Assembly: GCF_026571515.1 (NCBI RefSeq)
Contig: NW_026860085.1
Location: 1-64,000, forward strand
Source of the DNA: Ruditapes philippinarum
Lineage: Eukaryota
Length of the DNA stretch: 64,000 nucleotides
Reading direction: 5' to 3'
Part shown: piece by piece, positions 33,662 to 48,000 of the stretch
Layout of the letters: every line of letters starts with the position of its first letter
How positions within the stretch are numbered: position 1 is the first letter of the stretch
Made by a program: the position numbers and the translations under genes
Notes under the pieces: model-generated
The model's input: only the letters and a program-made list of their open reading frames with translations
The model's database searches: none
What the model was told of the DNA's origin: nothing

Positions 33662-34199
33662 CTATAGTTCTTTATTAAACATATTGTCACATATTGCAGC
33701 ATTACTTACTTAACAATCTTCAGGTTTAACACAATAATATCAGGGTATACATATAACATAATGACTTTACTATTACCAGCTTCTAGCAAGCTGGCCAGGC
33801 CATGTTCTTTTCAACAGCTATTTACATCAATAACAGGCTATTTATCTTCCAATACTGTAGTGTCTTGGTCATCACTACAGACAGACAGACAGATGGACAA
33901 GCAGAGTAAAATTTTGGGGTTTTTTTTCCTTCAACCATTAAGCCAGAGATAGTCACAGAGTTCTGTTATATACTTCAGAGATGTTCTGTTAATTCTTCCT
34001 TATATCTTCCAGGTAACAGTAAAAACACAGACATAATAAATAATGAAATGTTCTTTATTTCTTATTAAAATGATTATCACAGACACATTTGAATGAGAGA
34101 AAAAAGACTACTCATAAAGCAAATTATCTAATTTCAAATGACATCATAGATGGTTTATAATTCAATGTTATCAAAATACAATGTTATCAAAATACATAA

Positions 34200-34405
34200 A
34201 TTGGTGGTATAGCCTTCAAACTAGTGATCTAAGGATCGCTCTCCATGTGGGTTCAAACCCCGTCAAGCACAAGGCGTTGTTTTGTTGAGCAAGAAACTTT
34301 TCACTCATTCCTCAATACTGGTTGGTTCCAGGAATGGATTTGAGGGTGTCTATAAACTTTACCTTTCTTACACAATCAAACTAAAATAAATTCTGTAGAC
34401 ACCAA
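34200..34405 (+). mobile_element. degenerate tRNA-derived SINE (CORE-type)
   Basis: B-box-like GGTTCAAACCC; body TTGAGCAAGAAACTTT...TACTGGTTGGTTCCAGGAA shared with 61560-61790 and partly with 54752-55215. Confidence 0.6.
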
Positions 34406-35233
34406 AATACACTATGTAAATATAAATCATCATTTTCTAGTTGACTTTTGGTCCCTGCAGGTTCAATGTTTCTACACTCAACTTACATTCCCCTGCCCAC
34501 AATATACCTTTGATACCTGTATATACATGTATACTATACCCTTAAATATCAGTCTTATTTACACTTTAAATATGTACAATATAAACATAATATGCTTACA
34601 TACATACATGTGTAGCTATGTTACATCCAGATGTCTCAATACCTCACACAAAAACAAACATGAATAAATGAATCCCTGTCAGAATCAATACATCATAATA
34701 ATCAGAAACATAAAAACATTCTTAATTAAGTTTTAACAGTGATACATTCAACAAAATCACACTAAAGTTTTACCCTATATGAATATGTACAGAGGGAAAA
34801 AAAACAGAAAAACAAGAAAGTATAAGCAACTTTAAGAGCTGTGGATCAGACTGAGACTATTCAATTGTTATCATATTTATTGTTATGAAAAAGAGGCATT
34901 GCGCAAACCAAACATTTGAGTAGGTAAAAGTCAAAATGTCATTTTCTATTTTTACTTCACATCTGGGACCAAAAATATATTATATTAAATACCATTATAT
35001 TTTGTCCAAGTTCACATGAATAATAAATGATACACTTGACTTATGGAATTTTCTCTAAACATTCTTAATCAATTACTAGTATTATTTGCAGACTTTAATA
35101 TGGTGTGGTCAAAAGATCGGGCTAGAAAATTATTAACAGAAACTGTTAAAAAATATCCATTTTTGTACATGTATTTACCCATCAAAAATATTTTCTGTTC
35201 CAATAGCCACAATCTTGTTCTTGATGACCACAT

Positions 35234-35455
35234 GAGCCGCATCACGACAAACCAAGATAATGGGTTTGCGACCAGCATGGATCCAGACCAGCGCAGTCTG
35301 ATCAGGATCCATGCTGTTCTCTATCAGTTTCTTTACTTGTTATTGGGTTTGTAAGAGAACAGCATGGATCCTGATCAGACTGCGCGGATGCGCAGGCTGG
35401 TCTGGATCAATGCTGGTCGCAAACCCATTATGTTGGTTTTGTCATGACGCAGTTC
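35234..35455. mobile_element. palindromic MITE (Sola-like), copy 5, small internal deletion
   Basis: Same family. Confidence 0.88.
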
Positions 35456-35744
35456 AAATGTACAACCATCATTATAATCTCAAACACAAAGTCACAAACA
35501 ATTCTGTAATGTTTTACAAAAATTTACCCGTAGAAGAGGACTTCCAAACATTTTTTCTACATAAGCAACATTTTTAATGTTAGAAATCTGAAGCAAATTG
35601 CCAGGATTTAAAAAGTATATAAGTAACAAATAAAACTATAAAAAAACTTTTACATGATCATATTAATCTAATGTCTAGTTCTAAGAAAATTTCATCAAAT
35701 TATCAAAACATTAAAATAACAAGTGCTCCACATGTCGAGGCATT

Positions 35745-35985
35745 ATACCCATTAATTTATCAACATATGATTGTTGACCGTGTTCCATTAATTTATCCCC
35801 GAATGTAGACTGTGATCCATTGATTTATTTCAGAAACTGTAGGCACTTCTTCTTTGGTTTATCAGACTAAAGACTGTGCTTCAATGATTCACCGCAGAAT
35901 CTTAGACTATAAGTCATTAATTTTTTCAGAAAATGTAGACTGTGCTACATTCATTTATCACAGAATGTAGACTGTGCTACATTTG
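35745..35985. repeat. degenerate ~40-bp tandem repeat (ATGTAGACTGTG core) just downstream of the acyl-CoA dehydrogenase stop
   Basis: About 6 diverged units, probably within the 3' UTR. Confidence 0.6.
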
Positions 35986-36009
35986 ATGTTATAACAATAT
36001 AGGGAGGGA

Positions 36010-39000
36010 TTATTTGAGTTTGGGAGGTGATGGCAGTGTGTCCATGTATTTACAGATGATAGATAACATTACTTCATCTGCCCCTCCACCGATAGAAACC
36101 AGTCGGAAATCCCTGAAAAATAAATTTCCTGTTAAATACTGTCTACCAAAATATCAAACTTAATTTTCTATGAATTAAGTAAACAAAATATCAATCTTTA
36201 ACAATAAATTACCATTACAAATGATTAATATTTCCCTGAATCATAAATGACCATACAAACAGCAAATGTGAATTACTAAAACAAGAGGGCCATGATGGTC
36301 CTAGATCGCTCACCTGACCCATCAAACTCATCCGAACAATTACCTAGACAAGCATTCTGACCAAATTTCATAACAGGTTAGTCAAAATTTGACCACTAGA
36401 GTGTTAACAAGGATTATCCATTTTTGAGCAGTGTGACCTAGTTTTTTACCCAGGTGACCCATATTCGAACTTGACCTAGAAATCATCAAAACAAACTTTC
36501 AGACCAATTTACAGGATATTTCGATCAAAACAGTAGCCACAAGAGTGTTCATAAGATTTTTTCTATTTTTAGCTCCGGTGACCTAGATTTTCATCCCAGA
36601 TGACCCATGTGTGAACTCATCCAAGCTATCACCTAGACAAGCATCTTGACCAAGTTTGATGATGATTGAGGCAAAAATGTGACCGCTAGAGTGTTAACAA
36701 GGTTTTTCCATATTTTTAGCTCCTGTGACCTAGTTTTTCATCCGAGATGACCCATGTTGAACTCATCTGAGCTATCAACTAGATAAGCATCCTGACCAAG
36801 TTTGATGATGATTGAGGCAAAAATGTGACCACTAGAGTGTTAACAAGGTTTTTCTATTTTTAGCTCCTGTGACATAGTTTTTCATCCGAGATGACCCATG
36901 TTGAACTCATCCAAGCTATCAACTAGATTAGCATCCTGACAAAGTTTGATGATGATTGAGGCAAAAACGTGACCGCTAGAGTGTTAACAAACAAGTGTGG
37001 TCGGACGCAGGATGACAGACGGTGGACGACGGACATTAAACTATCCTTAAAGCTCACCCTGAGCTAGCTCAGGTGAGCTAATAAAAGGGTAGCAGGACAA
37101 GGTCTTTTATTCTCAATATAATCTCAAACTATGGAAGGTGAGTGGTACGAAAATGTCTCTTTAGTGCAGTAATGAGTTCAACTCCTATATAATTTAATAA
37201 GAGTTAAAGGAACTCCACTGAGGTCCAAAAGCCTAAAACATAAAGTTGGAAATTTAACACAGTTTAGCTAGGGCATGTACAGCAGAAATTTATGCAAACA
37301 ATAAATTGAAAATCATATTTTCATGCTACTGTTAGTCTGACTTGAGTGAATAGGGTTGCAACACTTTTCAATTTTCGGCCATATTTCACAATTAGAATAA
37401 TTATTATGGAAAAACAGATTAAGCAAATAATCTGAAATTTTGCACACAAGTTATTGGTCTAGACCTTCTTATGGAACATTATCTCGAAGACTCATTTTCA
37501 GTCCTGTCATGTCAAAAAACCTCAGCGTCCCTTTTTAAACCTGTTACTGCACTAAGGTGACAAAATTATGTTATTGGTGATGAGTTTAACAGATACTATT
37601 ATATGTCATATTGGAATTTTCCAGTTTTACTTGCAGTAAAAAGACTGAAGGTGCATTGACTTTGGCATGATAAATTCTTATACAACATAGAAATTTGTAG
37701 AATTGATATCTCAAGCAGTATGATACCAATCACTTATTTAAAGCTCCTTAGTATAATGTACCTCAAGATTATGAAAGAACTTATACTTAAGTATGCTTTA
37801 AAAAATCCAAACCCCAGATGCATAACTACACATGCTGACCAATATATTACATGTACATTATATATATGGTACATTTGAATAGCACCATTTCCTTACTGAG
37901 TTTCATAACAAGGTAATGTCTTTTACTCAGCAGTGGCTAGTTTCATAACAATATATACAGCAATGACATTTTGACTTTGACAAAATCAATACATCTTTAG
38001 TGTTTTTTTTTTATAAATTGTTGTTGACTGTACATGTAACATGTCTTTCTGGCCTTTTACTATACTTATAATAAGGACACTAAACATGTTCTATTTCCAT
38101 ATCCCTTCTTTTTTTCTCTACAGTCAAATTTTTTTGTCATTATGAGGACAATGGCACTGTCAAAAGGTCAAACAATTATTTACCAGCAATATGGTGGAGA
38201 TAATGGCACTGTCAAAGGTCAAACAATTATTTTCCTAAGCCATGTGGTGGAGATAATAGCAATGTCAAAAGGTCAAACAATTATTTTCCAGCCATGTGGT
38301 GGAGATAATAGCACTGTCAAAAGGTCAAATTATTTTCCAGCCATGTGGTGGACATAATGGCAATGTCAAAAGGTCAAACAATTATTTTCCATCCATGTGG
38401 TGGAGATAATGGCACTGACAAAAGGTCAAACAATTATTTTCCAGCCATGTGGTGGAGATAATGACACTGACAAAAGGTCAAACAATTATTTTCCAGCCAT
38501 GTGGTGGAGATAATGGCACTGTCAAAAGGTCAAACAATTATTTTCCAGCCATGTGGTGGAGATAATGGCACTGACAAAAGGTCAAACAATTATTTTCCAG
38601 CCATGTGGTGGAGATAATGGCACTGTCAAAAGGTCAAACAATTATTTTCCAGCCATGTGGTGGAGATAATGGCACTGTCACAATGGTATCAAGTCAGGAA
38701 CCTTGATCACTAGATCATGAAGACCACATAAAGTAAGTTATACCAGTATATAAGACATTGATGTTCAAGGAGACAGCCTGGTATCTGTGTGTGTTCTAAT
38801 GACAGATGGCTGATGACTAATGTTAACATTAACATTTTCTAAATCAATAATCATCTTTATTATGATTCAGTACATATAATTATTGAACATTTATACATGA
38901 GTAATAACAAAACATTTATAAAATGAACACAATGGCTATTTTTTGTTTGTTTGTTTCATTTTACGCCTTTTTCCCCAACAGTATTTCAGTCATATAGGCA

Positions 39001-42000
39001 GGTAGTTTCCTAACCGTTGTTCCTAGATAGTTACACCAGTACTAAACTGCCTTCCTCCGTGCTAAACTACCAAAGCATCTCCCGGGGATCGAACCCAGGC
39101 CAGAGAGGAAACTGGATTAGAAGTCATCGACTCTAACCCCATCGACCACAGAGGCGGTTCACAATGGCTATAATACATGTTATTTTATCATGTATTTAAC
39201 ACTCTATCAAGAATTAGATTGTTATACATGTTATAATAAACTTATTGTGTAAAAATGGGTCAAAGACAGAAAAGGCCGGGTTGCATATGTATACAAAATA
39301 TCATGAGGCTGTGATGTTACGGAAAAATTTTTCAATTGACCCATTAATGTCGAAAATTAAATACAGTAGGTAAACAGGAAATGGATTAGCTACACACCTA
39401 AAATCGAATCCCACAGTATGGGACCATGTGTCAATGCTGTATGCCAAATATCAAGAGGCTGTGATAAGTAGTTGCTGAGAAAACTGTTACGAAAATTTCC
39501 TACCATTGACCATAATGTCAAAAAATCTAACTAATTTAACTAAGTGGATAAACAGGAAGTGGATGAGCGACAGACCTGAAATCAAATCCCACGGTATGGG
39601 ACAATGTGTCAATGCTGTATGCCAAATATCAAGAGACTGTGATAAGTAGTTGCTGAGAAAACTGTTACGAAAATTTCCTAGCATTGACCATTAATGTCGA
39701 AAAATCTAACTAATTTAACTAAGTGGATAAACAAGAAGTGGATGAGCGACAGACCTGAAATCAAATCCCACAGTATGGGACCATGTGTCAATGCTGTATG
39801 CCAAATATCAAGAGGCTGTGATAAGTAGTTGCTGAGAAAACTGTTACGAAAATTTCCTAGCATTGACCATTAATGTCAAAAAATCTAACTAATTTAACTA
39901 AGTGGATAAACAGGAAGTGGATGAGCGACAGACCTGAAATCAAATCCCACGGTATGGGACCATGTGTCAATGCTGTATGCCAAATATCAAGAGGCTGTGA
40001 TAAGTAGTTGCTGAGAAAACTGTTACGAAAATTTCCTACCATTGACCATTAATGTCGAAAAATCTAACTAATTTAACTAAGTGGATAAACAGGAAGTGGA
40101 TGAGCGACAGACCTGAAATCAAATCCCACGGTATGGGACCATGTGTCAATGCTGTATGCCAAATATCAAGAGACTGTGATAAGTAGTTGCTGAGAAAACT
40201 GTTACGAAAATTTCCTATCATTGACCATTAATAATGTCGAAAAATCTAACTAATTTAACTAAGTGGATAAACAGGAAGTGGATGAGCGACAGACCTGAAA
40301 TCAAATCCCACGGTATGGGACAATGTGTCAATGCTGTATGCCAAATATCAAGAGACTGTGATAAGTAGTTGCTGAGAAAACTGTTACGAAAATTTCCTAC
40401 CATTGACCATTAATGTCGAAAAATCTAACTAATTTAACTAAGTGGATAAACAGGAAGTGGATGAGCGACAGACCTGAAATCAAATCCCACAGTATGGGAC
40501 CATGTGTCAATGCTGTATGCCAAATATCGAGACTGTGATAAGTAGTTGCTGAGAAAACTGTTACGAAAATTTCCTACCATTGACCATTAATGTCAAAAAA
40601 TCTAACTAATTTAACTAAGTGGATTAACAGGAAGTGGATGAGCGACAGACCTGAAATCAAATCCCACGGTATGGGACCATGTGTCAATGCTGTATGCCAA
40701 ATATCAAGAGGCTGTGATAAGTAGTTGCTGAGAAAACTGTTACGAAAATTTCCTAGCATTGACCATTAATGTCGAAAAATCTAACTAATTTAACTAAGTG
40801 GATAAACAGGAAGTGGATGAGCGACAGACCTGAAATCAAATCCCACAGTATGGGACCATGTGTCAATGCTGTATGCCAAATATCAAGAGGCTGTGATAAG
40901 TAGTTGCTGAAAAAACTGTTACGAAAGTTTTTTTCCCCGCCCGCCCGCCGCCCGGACGCCCGCCCGCCGCCCAACATTCACCATACTATAACCCGGATTT
41001 GCACCAGTGCAACCCGGCCAATAAAATGTACAGACCAACAAATTATAAACACAAGCAGTTGATTTAAGGGCAAAAACTGTCGTTGTATTGCTGCTGCTAT
41101 ATGTCAGCCTAGCAACTTAAAGTTCAAACAGTGACTTTCCAGCCATTAAATTTGATTCAGGAAGACTTCAGGTGTCCCTCTCTGTCTTATTTCAGACACT
41201 ATAGTGTTTACCTAAGTGAAATCACTTAACTTTCATAAGCTTTTTAAATATCTTTTTTTTTTTTTGTTAGTCTTTTTTTAGCTTTTAGATGCCCTATTTA
41301 CATAGGTAATTCTTGAATAAGAATATCAAATAATTCTTTTACATGGCAGATGAGATTCATGTGGACTTTCTTGGAAGATTGTTAAAATGTTATGACAAGT
41401 TTTATCACATGACTGCAAGTATGTACATAGCATTTCATATGGCCTAAAATCTTGGTGCATTATGCATAATGCTTCGAGATAAAAAATTTTCATATGACAC
41501 TTTAGTTTCATCTCAGACCTGAACTGAACTGTTTAGGTGATATGGTAACCTTGGGGTATGACATCAGGTGGTTGTCTGTGATTTATTTAAAGATCTGGAC
41601 TAGAATGTATCATCTTGGCAGAGCAAGACAATAAACAAAAGAACTACATGCTGTGTTAACACTTATCTGTTAATATAACCACTTTTGACAAAAAATTCTA
41701 AGCTAAAAAGGGGCATGACTCCAAAACTATAGCTTGCAGAATTATGCCCCTTGCCATGATAAGCAAGTATTGCAAGTTTCATATTGATACCTTTAACATT
41801 GTTCTAGTAATGGGCTACATTAAAGTTTTTGCATGATAACAACAATTACACAGCCATCATAGTAGCTTAACATTTTCTTCAAAACAGACAAGCTAAAAAG
41901 ATAATCAAAAGCTGAGCTAAATCTTACATACAATATGTATGTAATGGAGAACACATTTTCTGGATTACCTGTAAAATCGACTAATCAGCACTTCATTTGT

Positions 42001-45000
42001 GAAGCCCATACCACCCCAAAACTGCAAACATTTATCAGTTATCTCCCTTGCTAATCTTCCTGCCTTCAGTTTACTCATAGAGGCCAACTTAGTAACATCA
42101 TTACCTTGGACATACAAAGCTGGGGAAAAACAAAAAACAAAACAACAGTAAAAAAATTGACTGCCAGCATAACAATCCTTAATGTCATTTTATTCTTTCT
42201 TCAATTGACAAACAAGTTTTTAATGATAATTCAGTTCTTAAGTCTTAAAAGGAAATTCCCCTGTCCATCAACTTAACTTCAATATGTCAAAATTTAAACA
42301 AAGTGCTTTTCTTAAAAAAAATCTCAATGTCGTTATGGGGCAGTTTTGTCACATAGGCAGTTATACATTATTTCACTTAAAATAACATTTCTATATTAAA
42401 GGATAGTCACACCAGTAAAAACTAGAACTGCCACTATCATGGCGTGAATACCCCCGCATACCACTTTGTCAGAATCAACAGTGGCCATTTAGAGCTCAAG
42501 GACAACCTCCCTGCCAAATCTGAAGTTACTAAGCCAGTGCATTGCTAAGTTATGTATTCTACATGCTTCAAATGTGAAAATGTCAAAATCAATACATTGC
42601 GGACAGGACATTCTTTAGCAATTGAGAAGAAAAGCTTTTTTTTTGTCAAGGCCTCTGTGACCTTGACCTTTGACCCAGTGACCTCAAAATCAATAGGGGT
42701 CACCTTATAGTCATGATCAACATCCATGCCAAATATGAAGACTGTGGGTCAAAGGAATCTTAAGTTAATGGGCGGACAAACTTTTTGAAGTCAAAGTCCC
42801 TGTGACCTTGACCTTTGACCTGGTGACCTCAAAATCAATAGGGGTCATCTACTAATCATGACTAACCTCCATGCCAAATATGAAGACTGTGGGTCAAAGG
42901 AATCTAAAGTTATTGGGCGGACAAACTTTTTGAAGTCAAATCCCTGTGACCTTGACCTTTGACCTGGTGACCTCAAAATCAATAGGGGTCATCTACTAAT
43001 CATGACTAACCTCCATGCCAAATATGAAGACTGTAGGTCAAAGGAATCTTAAGTTATTGGGCGGACAAGCTTTTTGAAGTCAAGGCCCCTGTGACCTTGA
43101 CCTTTGACCTAGTGACCTCAAAATCAATAGGGGTCATCTACTAATCATGACTAACCTCCATGCCAAATATGAAGACTGTAGGTCAAAGGAATCTTAAGTT
43201 ATTGGGCGGACAAGCTTTTTGAAGTCAAAGCCCCTGTGACCTTGACCTTTGACCTAGTGACCTCAAAATCAATAGGGGTCATCTACTAATCATGACTAAC
43301 CTCCATGCCAAATATGAAGACTGTAGGTCAAAGGAATCTTAAGTTATTGGGCGGACAAGCTTTTTGAAGTCAAGGCCCCTGTGACCTTGACCTTTGACCT
43401 AGTGACCTCAAAATCAATAGGGGTCATCTACTAATCATGACTAACCTCCATGCCAAATATGAAGACTAAGGGTCAAAGGAATCTTAAGTTATTGGGCGGA
43501 CAAGAAAAAACCGACGGACAGCCGGACGGCCGGACAGCCGGACAGCCGGACGGCCGGACAAGCTGATTCCAGTATACCCCCCTTACAACTTTGTTGTGCG
43601 GGGGTATAAAAATTACAAAATTGATCTTTTCCTAAAAAAAAACCCCGTGAATTTGCAAAATAAATCAATATTACAGCTTTACAAAACTACTAGGAATATG
43701 AACTTTAAGCAAATACAACACACAAGGAAAAGCTCAATTTAACAAGATATAGTGGACTTACCTACAGTCCTATATAGCAAAGATCGGAGAAGTTCCAACT
43801 CAGTCTCTAATTCTGCCAGAGTAAAATGTACAACTTGATTGTTAAGGATGGGAAATCCAAAGGCTTTCCTTGTACGAGTGTATTCGATTGTTGACTGTAT
43901 AATTGCCTGTAAAGGCAAAATTGCTGAAATGTTCAAACGGTTACTTCTCAAAAGCTGAACAAATGTAACTAACTTTAACGTTCCTCAAACAAAGCAGGTT
44001 ATTCTAACTTTAATGTACATACTATACAGCAGTATTCTTTTAAAAATGTTTTAGAACTAAAATATCATTTGTGAATAAACCTAATACCTACCACATGGCA
44101 ACAATTACAAAAATCCACTTAAGGTACCTCTTTTCTAATTCTTTCTAACAGCTATACCTTTAATGATCCACCATAGTAAACAACTTTTAATTATCCTGAT
44201 AGTGATTCAGCTATAACCCTTAATTTGCTATATTTGTGTTACAGAGTTTTCCCTGCAGTCCATCTGAATTTTTATGGGCAGATAACTCAAAAATAAAGTC
44301 ACTGCCCCCCCCACCCCCCCAATTGTTTTTTGGTAATACAAAAAAAAAAGCTACCAACAGTATAGATCCTATTCAGACTGCATGGATCTGCAGGATGGCT
44401 GAGCTATATACAAGTGGCTTTTGGTTCAGGCAGATTAAAAGTAAATAATCCACCATTATTAAAGCTTTACTTACGATCCAATAATTATTGTATCAATAAT
44501 CCTTAAGAAATAGTCACAGAGTAATCATTTACCTAGCCTGATGGTAAGTGATTAGCATTTACCTACAGCACAAAGTCAAACTTAGCCTACACTTCCATGC
44601 AATCTTACTAAGACTAGACTCTAAACTATTATGTTTTCAAATAATTGTGTGACATTTCAACCCATTCCCTTAACCTTTTCCATTATATAAGTGTGTTTCG
44701 ACGGCTTTTTGGCCCCCCCCCCCTTTTTGAGGCCTCAAACAGTGAAAAAATGCCCTATTTAGGCCCCAAACACCATTTTTCATTTGAGAAATGTTGTTAA
44801 AAAAAGTGACCACTTTTTCGGCGCCGTCCCCCATGCAAATGTTACATCAGGGGGTTGCCAGAAGAGGGATGTGCCCCCTTTTGTTTGGGGGGTTTGAAGG
44901 GGGGCGGAGTCCCCCTCATCGCCAAGAAAATTTTAGACATGTGACAGGCTAAAAATGACCTCATGTCGATCTTAGGGTAAATAGTAACCGACGCTGAAAA

Positions 45001-48000
45001 GCCTTTTACTATATCTCAATTCATTGAGAAGTTGCAGCACTTTGAAATCAGTTTTGATGGAAAAAAACAATGCAAAATAGTGATTTTTGGCAATTTTGAG
45101 ACTTCCCCCCATTGCCATGGTAACAGGAAATTTACGATTGAGCATGCTGTTACAGAGGCAATGGTCCAGTCAACATTTGTGCCAGGTTTCATCAGCATTG
45201 CAGCATTTTTCATAGTTTCATAGCAGTTTGAACTTGTTACAGGAGGCTTTTCAATGAAAAAGGCCATTTTTCGCAATATGCTCATGGGGTAAAAGGTTAA
45301 GTCGTTTTTCAGGTACCACCTTGCACACAAAAGCTTAACAAAAGTGCAACGCCAGCACTGAAATGAGTACAATAGCTCTCCCTATTCTTCTAATAGTGGA
45401 GTTACATACCAGTATCCATTACATTAACATCAATTTACAATGCTAAAATTGACTTTAATATTATCATCTATTAAGCTATGTAAGCTATAAGTTCAGTGTA
45501 ACATACCTGCGGCCACAGCCCACATTCTCTCTGCCTGAAATTGAATCATCTGATATGTAAAGCCCATCCCTTCCTCTCCAATGATATAGTCTTGTGGTAT
45601 ACGTACATCTTCAAAAAATATCTGAGCAGTATCAGAACTTCTCATACCAAGTTTGTCTATCCTCTTAGCATGATGAATTCCTAGTTAATGATAAAATAAT
45701 AATATAGCATTTCTTCTTGCCTTCCCCTACAGCTGCTGTTAGTTGTATATTTTTGCAGGCACAAGCAGGAGCCCATATTAGTATACCAGAGATAGGGGCC
45801 TTTTATTTTAAATTGATGTCAAAAGAATAATGTGTCTCATTTGAAAGCTATGTGTACGGAATACGAAAAACAATTCCTTAAAAACAACCTCTTTTACAAT
45901 CATCGAAAATCCAGGCTTAGTATAAACTTCACAAAGGTAGATGGATCACCTCATATGATCAAATTTCAATATTCTGTTAATAGATTTGTACACATCATGA
46001 TAAAAGACAATCATAACACTTGTCCATCAAGGTCAATTAGTATTTTAATATCCTTATTTTTAACTTTTAAAAATGAAAGTAGTTAGGTCATGCAAAAATT
46101 ATCAAAATTCCAAAATTCTGCAAACCAAGTCAATCAATGCAGTTTATTAATAGAGACATGTATATAAGACATTGTATGAACATTTATCTGCTTATAAATA
46201 GCCTAAATTATTCTTTTAATGATAACAGAAAGCAAAGAATTACTTAGAACACACAAGACAGAACCACAGATACCATTTACATTTTTGGACAGAATAATAG
46301 CTGATACTGTTACAAATTTTTGAATGTATGAATTTCTTTAGACCAGACTGTCAAGGATAACATACAACAAGCAAATTCGTTGAATTTATATCCCCCGCCG
46401 AGTACTGGTTATTAACACAACAACTGAAGACATAAGGCTTTATTTATATATTAATCATGGCATAAACAGTAATATTCTTTGAACTTGATAAATATTCAGG
46501 GCAATAACAGGGCCATAACTTTGTGTTAGATAGTAAAATCTGGAAATGCCAATGAGATGTATGCATACTACATAACTAATCAAGGGCCATCAATCTGAGT
46601 TATAAGTATCTGACTGGAACAAGGCGACTATATGCATATCTCCTCTTAGTATCCCATAAAGTTTCATTGAATTCCAGCCAGTAGTAGTAGAGAAGTAGCG
46701 AGGAAACAAATATTTTTCTTTATGGATATTGCATAAGTTATCAAGGGCCATAACTCTGAGTTAAAGTGTCTGACCGGAACAAGCCGACGATATGCGCATC
46801 TCCTCTTGGTATTGAAGGTTCCCATAAAGTTTCGTTGAATTCCAGCCAGTAGTTGCAGAGAAGTAGTGCGGAAACGATTTTTACTCTATATGCATACTAC
46901 ATAACTAAGCAAGGGCCATAACTCCGAGTTAAAGTGTCTGACCAGAACAAGCCGATGATATGCGCATCTCCTCTTGATATTGATGATTCCCCTAAAGTTT
47001 CGTTGAATTCCAGCCAGTAGTTGCAGAGAACTACTCCGGAAACAAAATTTTACTCTATATGCATTCTACATAACTTATCAAGGACCATAACTCTTGAGTT
47101 AAAGGGTCTGACCGGAACAAGCTGACGATATGCGCATCTCCTCTTGATATTGATGATTCCCATAAAGTTTCGTTGAATTCCAGCCAGTAGTTGCAGAGAA
47201 CTACTCCGGAAACGAAATTCGGACGGACGGATGGACGGACGGTCAGATGCGCATCTCCTCTTGATATTGATGATTCCCATAAAGTTTCGTTGAATTCCAG
47301 CCAGTTGTTGCAGAGAACTACTCCGGAAACGAAATTCGGACGAACGGATAGATGGATGGACGGACGGACGGACAACGCCAAAACTATATCCCCCTCCCGA
47401 TTCCATCGGCTGGGGATAAAAATGCAAGCACTTATTTTATTTCCAGTTTGACCCTTACATCAGCAGACTTTTGAGACAGCTATGAGATAAAAGGGAATCT
47501 GGGAACCAGGCGCCAGCTCATATTGAATAGACTCCTTGGTACTTTTACATGCCCAGTGTATAGCACTGATACATGAGAGCATTACCTGCATTTCTTACCA
47601 GTACACCACTAAGTAGGTGGGAAACACTGATAGTGTTTCTGAAAGATTCCAAGGGTGTAACCCAGGATGGAACCCGGTACCTCAGGAGTGACAGTCAGTG
47701 GTCCAACAAACTGAGCTATCGCGCAACCATTTTCATTTATTTAAACTTTGCTTAAGGAATATATTGTAAAAACCATAATGTCACCTTAGTGTTGTATTTT
47801 TTTACATAGTAAGGTAAGATCAACTCCTTATATGATTTATATATATTAGGAGTTAACCAACCTGTTACTGCACTAAGGTGACAATTAAGCATCTGTCATA
47901 AGACCATACCTTTGGTATCCATAGGTAGACAAATGAGTGATTTAGAACGGTGAGCAGGGCCATCACTTGTGTTAGCTAACAGACACATCCAGTCTGCCTG

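Noticed and set aside
39487-40977. Tandem family of 61-aa peptide genes
   Set aside because: The ORFs are by-products of a 179-bp repeat inside a HINE-like element in an intron, with non-ATG starts and no gene structure.
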